In this document: positions 45,111 through 56,800 of the stretch, piece after piece | Layout: every line of letters begins with the position of its first letter | How positions within the stretch are numbered: the stretch's first letter is position 1 | Assembly (NCBI GenBank): GCA_013239625.1 | Contig: MU056000.1 | Location: 806,001 to 870,000 of the forward strand | Source: Lama guanicoe | Taxonomy: Eukaryota | Direction: 5' to 3' | Length of the DNA stretch: 64,000 nt | Notes under the pieces: model-generated | Told to the model about the DNA's origin: nothing | The model's database searches: none | Seen by the model: the letters and a program-made list of their open reading frames with translations, nothing else | Made by a program: the position numbers and the translations under genes

Positions 45111-47221
45111 GCAGGAGGTTCCACTGGGTCCCCGCCCCAGACCCAGCTCCCGCGGCTTTTCTTCCGTCTGTCCTGTCCTCAGAAGGGCTCCCCTGCGCTG
45201 CTCCGTGGTCCTGCCAGTCCTGGCTGTGAGCTGCTCTAGGAGCCCCTGAGGGCAGGCCTCATCCCGGACTCTCCAGGTCCTCTCGGGCCACAGGGTCCAT
45301 TCGGATGGTGGGCCCCGGCACGTGCAGACTGGGACCCAGTGGTCTGAGAAGCGGGTGATGAATTGTTCCCATTCCCTAAGGACTCTGGTTCATGGAATAA
45401 CACCTGTGGGTGAAGGGGGGTGCTGGGGGTCCCTATTTGTGGCACAGCACTGACCAGGGCAAAAGCAAAATAGCTCCCTCTTCAAAATTTATAAATTTCA
45501 AAACTTCACCTCAAACCTTTTGCAGTGAGAACAGCTACATTTCTGCACGTCTCTCCCTGCGGCCCTGACAGGCAGGAGACGGAAGGCGTGAGCTGGCATG
45601 GGCGGCGGGTGAGGAGAGGCTGGCGTACAGCTGCAGCCCCGTCAGGTCACACGTGGACGCCTGGAACCGCGGGGAGGAGCCCAGCTCTTCTGGAGTGCTC
45701 TGGGGCTGCCTGCCTGACCTCTCCAAGGCCCTGGGCTCCTGGGGGGCACCTGTGTTCTGCCTGGGTAGTGGGTCAGGAGTGGTTGACCCTCCGAGAACCC
45801 AGCCTGCACCCTCGTGGACGACATGGTGAAGTATCGCCATGCCGAGGGCCCTTCTGTGTTTCGATGGAGAGAGGAGAGCCCGGGGACCCAAAGGGAGGCC
45901 ATGGTCCTGCTGACGTCTGCGGCATCCTACACACACCGTCAGTGTGGAAGGGAGAGAGCAGGGCAGGGTCCAAACTTCTTCAAAGCCTTACGCTTGACCT
46001 GGGCAGGTTACCTCTCCTCGGGACCTTGGCTGTCACACCTGCAGACAAACAGAGCAGCGTCTGCCTCTTCCCCTGTGTCGCGATGACCCAGAAGCCTGGG
46101 GATTTGCTGGTGAGCTCCAGTAGGCCCCATTTCCCTTGTCTCCGAAGCCATCAGCCATTCAGTTGCCAATTGCTCTGACTACAGAAACGAGCCAGCCGAG
46201 CTGGGAGAGCTGGTGGGCTGGGCGACGGGTTGTGCGGCAGGAGAGGAAGCTGGGTGGAGGGTGCAAACTGAAGGACACTCACCTCATCAAAACCGCAGGG
46301 CCCTGGGGACCTGAGTGGCCCAGGAGGGTGGAAGCATCCAGGACAGCGTGGCCCAGAAGGGACCACAGAAGGGGCGAGTCCGTGGACAGCAGGGCCAGGG
46401 AGTCGGGGGTGAGTCTGAAGTTACCTCCTCGGGAGGATGACCAGGGTAAACCTGGAATGGCCACTCAGCAGTGGGATCAGCAGTTGAGACCAGCCCGTGG
46501 TGAGCTGTGGTGTGGACGGGGAGATTTAAGAGCCTCTTTCTGGGAAGCTGTGTGATAGAGGATGGGGGAGGGGGTTAGGAGCCAGGAGGGCTCTTTAGGG
46601 AGGGGCTTGGGGCGTGAAGGCAAAGAGCCAGCCCTGCAGGGGAGGCTGAAACCGCTGTTGTGGCCCCATCTCGGTCCTGAAGGATCCTGGGTCAGGTGAA
46701 GGGATGGGCTGGGAGTCGGTTGGGGACTACAGCTGGAGAGGAAGACAGTCACTGCTGAGGCTGAGGGTCCTGAGTGGGTGGGGAAGTCAAGGGCTGTCCC
46801 CAGTGGTCTAGACCTGGCCTGGAGTGGTGAAGGCAGGGCTCAGCGCCCCGAGGTGGGTGCCCCACAGAGGAGAGGGCTGGGCTGTGGGCTCCGGACTGGC
46901 TGGTCTGCATCTGGAAGGTGCGCTCCCGGAGGAGTAACCCTAAGAGCATCCCTCCAGCGGCAGCAAGGCCCCAAGACGTCAGTGAGTCAGGAAATACAGA
47001 AAATAAAAGAACAGTCAATACGAACACACAGGTGCTTTGCAATTTCAAGCACTGTTTTTTCACCAATAGTTATTCTCTCATTTATTTAGGTCTTCTTTTT
47101 AGTTCTTTGATAGTGTTTGAAATTTTTTTCTACACAAAGATTTCACATTTTACCAGATTAATTCCTGGATGTGTTGTAATTTTGCGGTGGTAAAATAAAG
47201 GAATCTATTGAAAAATCTAAA

Positions 47222-47470
47222 AGTTTTTTATTGAAGTGTAGTTGATTTATACTGTTAGATTCAGATGTACAGCAAAGAGATCCAGTTATACATATGCATA
47301 TATATAATTGTTTTTCTTTTCAGATTCTTTTCCATTGTATGTTATTAAAGAAATGGAATACTATTCCCTGTGCTCTACAGCAGATCCTTGCTGTCTATTT
47401 ATTTTATGTAGAGTAGTGTGTATTTGTTAATCCCAAACTCCTGTTTGATCCCTCTCCCAACCTTTCCCCC
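47222..47470 (-). mobile_element. LINE-1 3' end fragment (cetartiodactyl-type)
   Basis: ttttattgaagtgtagttgattt...gtacagcaaagagatccagttatacat...attccctgtgctctacagcagatcc...gttaatcccaaactcc is a reverse-complement L1 3' UTR. Confidence 0.8.
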
Positions 47471-47843
47471 AAGGAATTTTTTTAAAGTCACTCTTTCTAA
47501 TTGTTTGTGGCTCACGTTAGACGGCGGGGAGGAGGGGCCCTGGAGGATGCTCCTGCCCCAGGGGGACACGGCCCCAGGACGATGCAGCTGAGTGTCGGAC
47601 CCCAGCACGTGCAGAGAGCAAGCGTCCAGGAGAACCACAGAATCCTGAAAAACAATCGATGGTGTGGTTTTCAGTCACTGGTGGTGGCACGGTCTGGTAG
47701 GTATCAACAGCGTCTTTCAAAAAGGATGTTTTAAATTTTGATGAAGTCCAGTTTATCAATGTATTTCTCTTATGAATCATGCTTTTTATATCCTGTTTTG
47801 GAAGTATTTACCTACACCAAGGTCATTAAGATTTTCTCATTTC

Positions 47844-48202
47844 CTAAGTCAGACGGAGAAAGACCAATACTGCGTGACATCACGCACTTGCAGAATCTAA
47901 AAAATGCAACACAGCTAGTGACTATAACAAAAAGTAAACAGTCTCACGGTAGAGAACAAACTGATGGTTACCAGTTGTGGGGGGCGGTGTAGGCGTAGGG
48001 GGTTAAGAGGTACAAGCCACGATGTACAAAATAAATAAGCCAAGGATATATTGTGCAGCACGGGGACTGCGGCCAGTATTTTATAGTAACGGTAAATGGG
48101 GTAGAACCTTTGAAAACTGTGAATTACTGCATGGGACACCTGTACTTTGTATAATATTGGACATCAGCGGTACTTCAGTAAAAAATAATGAGTAAAACAA
48201 AA
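47844..48202 (+). mobile_element. LINE-1 3' end fragment with TSD, nested in an older L1
   Basis: aagtcagacggagaaagaccaatactg...gagaacaaactgatggttaccag...A-rich tail. TSD aagattttctcatttc (47828-47843) / aagatttcctgatttc (48203-48218). Confidence 0.85.
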
Positions 48203-49519
48203 AAGATTTCCTGATTTCAGAAGTTGTATAGTTTTAGCTTTCACATTACAGGTCTGCATTCCATTTCAAGCTAACGCTTGGGGGGGCCTGGAGTGAGGAT
48301 GGAGGCTGCATGTCCGGCACCGTTTGTCAGTGTGAACATCCTCGCCCTATTGACTTCCCTTGACAGCTCTGTGACATGCACATGTGGGTCGGTCTCTGGA
48401 CCCTGCATTCTGACACCCGTGCTGGTATCACACCGCCCTGATTACTGACGCTTTAGGTTAAGCCTTGAAATTAGATAATGTGAGTCCTCCAAGTGTTCCT
48501 CTGCCAAAACTGCTTTGACCCACCTGGAGCCTTTCGCTTCCCATATAAACTTGAGAATGAATTTGTTAGTATCCCAGAAACACTTGTTGGGATTTCTCAT
48601 GAGATTGTGTTGAATCTGCTGTTCGGTTTGGGAAGATCAACCTCTTGGTAACGCGGTTGCCCGTCCCCGAGTGTGGTGCGCATCGCGTTGATCTAGGTTG
48701 TCTTTCATTTTCTCAGCAGCGTTTCATCACTCTTGCTTATCGTCTGCAGGTCTCACCTCTGCTTGTCTAATGCTGCCCTTCATTGTATTGTTTTGATGCT
48801 GTTGTAAACGAGATTGTTTCTATTTCAGTTTCCAGAGTCTGTTGCTAGTGTCCAGAAGCACAGCTGAATTCCGTTATGTTTGCGGTGTGTGCTTCGCCCT
48901 TGCTAAGTTCATGCATTAATCCTGTAGCATGTTTGTAGATTCCTTAGGACTCTCCCCACTCACAGCCACGCTACCTGGGGAGGAAAACGGTTTTATTTTT
49001 CCTCCTCATCACGTGTGCCTTCATGGCTGTTATCTCCTTGCACTGACTGACACCCGCTACCCAGTGCTGATCAGAGTGGTGCCTCGTTACCAATTTAAGG
49101 GGAAAACTTCGGTCTGGACATTAGCTGTGCATTTTCAGAGGCACATTTAGTAAAGTGGGGGACGTTGCCTTCTGTTCCCGGTTTGCTGAGAGTTCTTGTC
49201 GTTCTGTCAAAGCTCTGTCGTATAGTTCTTCTCCTTCATTCAGTTAATATGTTGGATTAAATTGGTTGATGTTCCAACCTTAAACCAACCTTGTTTTTCT
49301 GGATGAGCCCCAACTTGAGCACATAGAATTATATTTGTTTTTAGCTATGTCTTTTGTGATTGTTTTTAAAGCTATCATTTAAAAATGAATCCTGCTTTTT
49401 AGTGTCATATCTAAAGAATCCTGCTTAACCCAAGGTCACAAATACTTTCACCTATTCTCTTCAAAAACTTTTATAATTTTATATTGTACATTTAAGTATA
49501 TAATCCTTCCTGAGCTATT

Positions 49520-49570
49520 TTTATATGATATTATACATATACATACATATATACATATAATATATATATG
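49520..49570. repeat. (TA/CATA)n microsatellite
   Basis: tatacatatacatacatatatacatataatatatatatg seen directly. Confidence 0.7.
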
Positions 49571-50764
49571 GTTTTAAAAATTTTTTGCACGTGGCATCTG
49601 TGGTTCCGTACCATTTATGGTAAACACTACCGTTTCCCCGCGGAATTGCACGTGCACCTTTGTCAGGAGCCAGCTGACCGCATGCACGTGCTTCTGTTGC
49701 TGGGCGGTCTGTCCGCCCGTTGATCTATTTATCCGTTTCAGCGCCCAGCCCGCCCCGCCTTGATCGCGGGAGCCTCACAACACGTCTTGAGGTTGCTCAG
49801 TGCTGGTCCTCAGGCCTGGTTTTCCTTTTTGAAAGTCAGTCCAGTTGTCCCAGGTCCTTTCCATTTTCCACGTGAATCTTAGAACCAGCCGTGACTTTCC
49901 ACAGAAGACCCTTCTGTCATTCTGAGTGGGACTGTGTTGCTCGGGATTACGGGTCACTTTGGGAGAAGTGACACCTGAGCAACATCGAGCCTTGTGGTCC
50001 GTCGGTGTGCGTGAGTCGCAGCTTGTTCACATTTTCTTCGCTCCCCTCGGCTCTCGGAGTGGAGACCTCGACCGCCTCCTGTCGGGTTCACCACAGCGTG
50101 TTGAGTTTTTGGTGCTGCTGCACAGGACACGTGAGACGTCCGTTCTGATCGTTCATTGCTCGTGTGGAGGAGGGCACCTTACTTCTCGTGCAGATCTCAT
50201 GTCATGAACTGACTAGGCTCACTTGTGAGTTCTCTCTCGTGAGCTCCGTGTCTTCTAGGCAGGAGACCGTGCTCTCTGCAAATAAAGGCATTTCACTCCT
50301 CCCGTTCTCATGTTCTGCTTGGATCCCTTTACTTCTCTTACTGGCTGGAACCCTGCGTGAACTGTTGGACAGAAGTGGTGACAGTGGACAGCCCTGTGTT
50401 TCCCACTTGGGCAAAGTGCGTTATCCTTTTCCTTACGCTGCTGGAGGCTGTGTGCAGACACTTTAAATGGTGACGTGCCTGTGTATTCGAGCAGGCGCAG
50501 TGTCCTCTCCTGCAGCGTCCACGTCTGGCTTCGGTGCCAGCACAGCGCCGGCCTTTAGGAAGGGCTGTTTAGCTCTTCCGGAGTTTCTGGGCGAGTTTGC
50601 GTGGCGCCGGCATCACCTCTTCCTCAGATGTTTGGTGGGGGTTCCCATGAAGCCAGCTGGTGTCGTTGTCTTTCTGGAGCCCTTTTAATTCAAATTCAGA
50701 TTCTTTAATAATCAGAGCGTAGTGCCCATGGGCCTTTAATCGCCCTTCTCTTCCCCTAGAGGGA

Positions 50765-50919
50765 CGCAAGGCTCACTCTGACTCAGGAGGATCTCACCTC
50801 GAGCTTTTACCTTAGTTTCACCTGCAAAGACCTGTTTCCAAATAAGGTCACATCCGCAGGTCCTGGGGAGCGGGACTTGGGCACGTCTTTTTTGGGGGGA
50901 CACCGTCCAGCCCACTGCA
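50765..50919 (-). mobile_element. MaLR (MLT1) LTR 5' fragment
   Basis: cacctgcaaagacctgtttccaaataaggtcacat...ttttttgggggg...ccagcccactgca is the reverse complement of an MLT1 5' end. Confidence 0.75.
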
Positions 50920-53444
50920 GCCAGCTAATCTTGGGCAATTTTGGCAAAATCCATGACTAGATGTTAAAGATAAAAGGCAGTGTGTGTCGGCTCCACGTGA
51001 CCCCTCTGTCCACGGCATCACTCTGTTGAGATCAGAGCTCAGGGCTCCCTTCCTCACGGGCTGGGGGTTACCACCTCCGTGGAAGCGGCTCAACCAAGGT
51101 GCCCTCTTCCAAAAGCAGCCTAGTGAGTCTGCAAAGGACGGCTCAGGAACCCTCACGATTCCACCAGCTCTGGGGAGCGAGTTCGCCCGCGGGCCGGCAG
51201 CCCCTCTTGCCCTCAGGCTTTGTCTCACTGCAAGTTCCCCACCGTCCTCATTACGTTTGCTCGACAGGCCCTTTAGGGCAGTTTCCATACACATCTGGCC
51301 TTAAGATGCCCAAGCAACCAGTTTGCTGCAGACTGTCCCAGTCCTCAGCGTCTTCTCCAAAACTGCCCAAGCCTGGCCGATCGAGCACCTGCAGGCATCT
51401 GCTGGGAGCCCCCGGGAGGGAGGCGTCCAGCTGCAGTGCTCCCGGCGAGCCGGGGGACAGGGCCGCTGGGCCCAAGTTCTGCCCCAGGACCCCCACCCCT
51501 GTGCAGGGAACAACTGCCAACGCGGCAGAGGTGACTGTGCAGGCGAATGAGTTTCTAAGACCGTGAAGTATTCCCTGCTGTGCTTTCGTATTCAACTCAG
51601 CACTGCTGCAGGTTGGACAAAAGGAAGAAAATATTGCCTATTTGGGGACTTCAACGTGTCGAAACACAACATCGATGCAGGTCAACCAGCTAAAAGCCAG
51701 TGCACACACCTGCGGGGTGGGTCCTGTGCACAGGAGAGTCACTTCCTCTGCAGTCAGTTTGGTTTCAAGGTGCACACCCAATACAGAAACCCAGGGAAGC
51801 ACTGTGGTATAGACTAAGGAATGTACACTGATGGCTCCTTGAAACAAAGCTGACACGGACACCTCAGTGTCCCCGAGCGCCCAGTGGAAGTCCTGTTTCT
51901 CCGTCTGAGTGAGGGTGAACGTGGCTTCTGGCTGGAGGGCCTTCCAGAGCCTTCCCTCCTCCCCAGGCCAGCAGAGGCCCGGGCACTGGCCATGAAAGTG
52001 TCTGTTGCAAGCGTCCAGCTCCATCCAGCGTCCTGGCCCTTGGGGCGTCGTTGCCGAGCCGGCTGCCCGGGAGCTGGTGACCCGGCCAACGTCTCTCCCA
52101 GCCTGGGTCGGTTTGGTGCCCTCAGCACAGGCTTTTCTCTGGCGACCCCACGTGGGCCCAGAACTGGCCAGAAGTGGCAGTGTTGTGTGCCCAGGGCAGC
52201 AGAAGGTGGCCTTCTCTGGATGGTGGGCACCACAGCACCCGTCTCCCCCGAGAGCTGGAGCAGGACAAGCCCTGAGCCCAGTGCCCTCAGACCCCTCTCC
52301 CTCCTGTGGCCACCTGGGCTCTGCGTGGCGCCGGGGTCCTTGTCTGTCAGCATCTGGACGCTCAAGGGCATCTCGCTGCTGCCCTCGCCCCTCCTCAGAG
52401 CCTTTCTCCTTGGGCTTCCTGGGGCCGGGAGTCTCCTGCCACCTTCCTGGCCTTGGCGGGTGACGCCTGCTCCCTCATCCACCCCTGACGGCACCTTCCC
52501 CAGGCTCCCCCTCCCCTCCAGGCCTCTTGTTCCCTCCCTCCCTCCCCTCCTCCTCACTCCGGCGATATAGGGCCATTTTACAGACAGAAAAATTGAGACA
52601 CAAGAAACAGTGGCCGAGATCCTAGTCAGGACTGTGAAGGCTGCGGCCGTGACTCTCATGGGCTTTTCCCTCTGCTCGTGTGTCAGGACGGACGGTGTCC
52701 TGTGGTCACTCACGGCTGCAGGCTGCCTTCTCGACAGAGGTCTTAGTTTTACAGAGTTTGGACTCGGATTTCAGATAAAACCGTCTTCCTCAAAGACACA
52801 GACGTTTGACGTCAAGTAAGGACCCAGAGACTTGACATTATTTTATATTTTATTTGTAATTTTTGACTCATTTACTTTTCGATGATCATTTAATGTCACC
52901 CTCACCACACAAGTGTGTGACGCCGACAGCGTGCCAGCGATCCACGCCACTGTCCTGGAGACGCAGGTTTAAGGGGCCCCTGGGGATTTAAAGTCTCATC
53001 ATCCAGGCGGCGCCTCCCTTAGCAGTGTCACCTGTCCCACCTTCCTTGGCAGGAAGACGGTGGTCCTCGGCGGGGAGCACAGTCTGAGACGCTGCTCATT
53101 TCAGGGGGCCTCTGGGCAAACCAAACCGACTTGGAAACTCAGAGGCACAGCTCCTTCACATGCTGGGTTTGCAGAGCAAGTGTTTGCATGTAATTTTGCT
53201 TCCTAAAATGTCCCCCCAAAAGCACACATATGAAAACATATTCTCAAAACTGTGCTGTCTTATGAAAAAAATTGCTCACAGTAACTCATTCCAGTTGACT
53301 TTGAGAAATAGCGTGTTGAATTATTTTCAACAAATTTACAAAGAAAAATCTCACTTTTCAAAGGAAAGGTATGTTCCTGAAGGAGGAGATCGACGATGAG
53401 GAGGGGACAGAGGCCAGGCCACATCCTTCCTCACCTCCTTAGTG

Positions 53445-53875
53445 ACAGAACATGTACATCTCAGAAGGAAGTATTGTCACCCGGGATAAAGATGGCATTT
53501 CCCAGCCTACCTGCCAGTTAGCTGTACTCATGTGACTCAGTTTGGAGCCAGATGGGACACAAGCACAAGATTTGTGGGACTTCTGGGAAGCACCCTTAAG
53601 GAGAGGGTGCTTTCCTAATGGCTGGTAGGGGAATGTAATGGCTGGAGCTACAGCATCCATCTTGGGCCGTGAAACAACTTTCGGAGTGGAAGGCGTGCTA
53701 CCAGAGCAACCAGAGAGATGGAGCCTGGGTTCCGGACCTCGTGGAGCGTGGACGGTGCCCCCAAACCTGGGGCTGCCACTGGCCTTCATGACTGGGAAGA
53801 AGTGAGCTTCTAGCTTCAAGTTGTTGCCACTTTGGATCTTTCGGCAACTTGCAAGTGAACTTAGTCCTGATGAAA
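53445..53875 (+). mobile_element. Old MaLR LTR (MLT1J/K-like; orientation tentative)
   Basis: catttcccagcct...catgtgactcagttt...atggctggagctacagcatccatcttg...gagatggagcctgggttcc motifs. Confidence 0.65.
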
Positions 53876-56800
53876 GAACAGGCCACTAGGGATGCTTGGA
53901 CTGAGAAAGCAAAGCTCGGGAAGATGTGGTTTTGATCCTTTGATGTCAGACTAGATTTCGGCACTGGCCACTGTGTATTGAGATAGACTGCAGAGCCCTT
54001 TGAGGTCCCTCTGGCCGTCCCTGCCTCCTGCTTCCTCTCTCAGCCCCGAGCCATCCTCGCCTCAGTTTCTGCAGGGCTCCTGGCCTGGCCCCCTCACCCC
54101 TTCCCACACCGCTTCACTCCCCAAAGCCCCCGCTGTCCCTTCAGGAGGGCCCCCCGCCCTCAGTGCTCTGACGCCCGGGACTTTTTTATTCATTGCAAAG
54201 CCCGAGAACGTTGTAAGGCACCAGGAGACGTTTCTCAAAAGTGTCACCTTTGCTCTAAGCTCTGGGGACATTTTGGTTGTATCATATCATTGTCTGAAAA
54301 AAAAGAAGAGACTCATTTGGAGAACTCACACATTCCCAGACGGCGTAGTGGCACAGATCTTCCCGCTCGCGGTCTGACGAGCCTCCGTGCGGCCAGGGCC
54401 AGGGTGCTCGGGGTGGGGATGGGGTTCTGCCTCCAGCTGGGGGAGGACCCTGCACTGTCACAGGTGGGCCCAGCAGGTGCGTGTGGGGAGGGACCTGCTG
54501 GAAAGACCCAGAAGCTGGAAGAAGGAAGCGGTAACTCCCACTGGAAGGTCAGGAAGGTGTCTGAGGAGGAGAGGGCATTTGAGAAGGTCTGAAAGGGGTC
54601 CAGGAGGAAAGCAGGGAGAGGAGCTGAGAACACCGCTCCCTCCAGTGGAGGCCTGTCTTGTGAGGCCCAGAGCCAGGCCCAGCGGGGTCGGCTGGGGGTG
54701 GGGTTGATGTGAGTCCCCCGCCCCCTTGCCTCCCTCTGGGATGTGATTGCTGGGCACCGGGTCTTCGGCGAGGACTCTTACGCTCGAGGGCAGCGTCGCA
54801 GCCCTCACTCAGCCCGGAGCTGAGGGGCAGCGCGGATGGGCGAGATGTGCAGTGGGGCCGCGGGCAGCTCTGGGTCCGCTGCTCGCAGCCTGTGCCCGCA
54901 CGCATGCCCGTACCTCGCGCAGAGCTGCCCCGCACGCACGGCTGTACGCACGCCTGCCCTCCTCACGCCCCTCCCCTCCGAGCATGGACGCCGGCGGTGG
55001 CCGCCCAGGGCTTCACTCGGTACAAGTGGTTCTTGCTTCAGCAAACAGGGATGATACCCGGCGCGGAAGCGCTTGGTCTCCGGGAGCAGGTGCAGGGAAC
55101 CACCTGACGCCCCGGCTTCAGGGCACCGGTTGCGACAGGACCCTTGTGCACATTTTCAGTCCTTAAGTCGATAAGGCTGAGAACTCACGTTGGGTCAGAC
55201 GTCTTTTACAAGCCACTTGACCTTAAAGACTCGATAAAGAGGGCGTATCCGGTGAAACAGGAGAGGAGAGCAGCCCCGGTGCTTGAGGAAGGACCGCGAG
55301 GCGGAACTGGGCGCGCCGGCCTCGCGGCCGGGAGGCTTGCTCAGTCCGACCTGAAGCAGCGTATCTTCCACTTCATCGTGTTTTTCGAACGGTCTCCACT
55401 TAGAGCATGCACTGATAACCCCAGGGAACCTGCTTATTCTGCATTCGTGTTTTTCAAGCTGGAAAGGAAGTACTTCCACGTGTCCGCGATGCCAGTCCCT
55501 TTGGTGAGGGCGAGGTTGCTGCCTGGCAGTGGTCCTGGAGGTCCCCCTTGCCCCCAGCTCAGAATTAAGGGTTGTCCTGGAAACCCGCTGGTAGCCAGCG
55601 GTGACCCCCCGGCTGGGACGAGCCAGCACCAGCCCCTAGTCCTTCCTAATCACGCAGCTGCCTTCTGTGACGTGAGGGGCTGAGGCTCAGGAGCCGGGGC
55701 TCTGCGATGCCCCTGGGGGGTCCGCGGCGCCCCGTCCTCGCCTGTGAAGCAGGGGTCAGCTGGGCCTGCCTGGAGGGTGTGTGCGTCTCCAGTGAGTGCA
55801 GGCGAGGTGTGTGGAAGGGCGCCAGGCGCGGCCAGGGCTCCAGAGCCCTCGCAGTCTTGGGGTGGGGGGCGCATCTTCCTGGGCCGCCGCCCTGTGCACG
55901 GACAGGCGGGAACTCGGGGTGGACGAGGGCGTGGCTCTGAGATCTCAGGACAGCTTTCTCTTTGCTGCAGCCGGGAAGCGCAAAGCGTCGGCTGCTTTTT
56001 GGAAGCTAGGGAGGTAGTCACAGTTCTTTGAGAGCTGGATCCGGCACCGCAAGTGGGAGTTTTTGGAAAGCTGGTGCGATTTCAGCTCCCGACAAGATGA
56101 CCGGGGAGAAAGCACTGCCAACGCGGCGCACTTAGCAGAGTCCCGACCGCCTTGGGCACCTCACCCCTTTCTCTGACAGGGGACTTCCTTCACGTTCACA
56201 TCTGGCCACGCGGGTCCTGCTCTGATGACGTGGCCCCCAGACCTCACCTTCACAGTTTGGGTTTGTCGCCGTTTAGCACGCACGCACTCCGGACGTGCAC
56301 CTCGAGCGTGGGAGCACAGCGACGTGAGCCCAGTGTACGACGGCGCCCGCGTGCAGACAGGGCGCTGGGAGAGGAGCCTCTGCCCCCCCGGGGCCGCCAG
56401 GCTGCCGGGCTGGGCCAGGCCTTCAGACGGCTCGTTTCCGCTCGCAAGCCTGGGTTCTCTCCTCTGTGAAAGGGGGTTCATATGACGGCCCGGCTCAAGG
56501 GTTACTGCAGGCAGCATCTTGGTGTCGAACTTCAGCAAAAGCGGGGCTTGCAGAAAGCTCTTAAGACACGGCCACTGTCCGCTTCGGCGCGAAAAGCACG
56601 AACGACCTTCCCCACCAACACGCGGAGTCCAGCTGCTTGTCACCCGCTGCGCACGCCGGGGGGGCTTCCTTCCCTTGTCTCATGGCGTGTAAAGCCTGGC
56701 CTGAGCCTGGGTCAGGACCTGCTCAGGGTTCATGACCGGTGGCCGGTCCACACCGCAGCCTCTCGGGGGCGAGCTGGGCTGATGTTCTGCGGTTGTTGTG

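Larger units (their letters stand above)
47700..50720 (-). mobile_element. Old, degenerate L1M ORF2 fragments (at least two pieces)
   Basis: RT remnant QGCPLSPLLSN...KGIQ...PLFAESTVSCLE (50202-50414) and LVLRFTWK remnant (49775-49957). The same ORF2 segment appears at both ~47730 and ~49390. Confidence 0.8.

Noticed and set aside
51814-52713. Overlapping 299-aa (-) and 228-aa (+) ORFs
   Set aside because: No domain similarity or exon structure that I can recognise; driven by pyrimidine/purine-rich low complexity.
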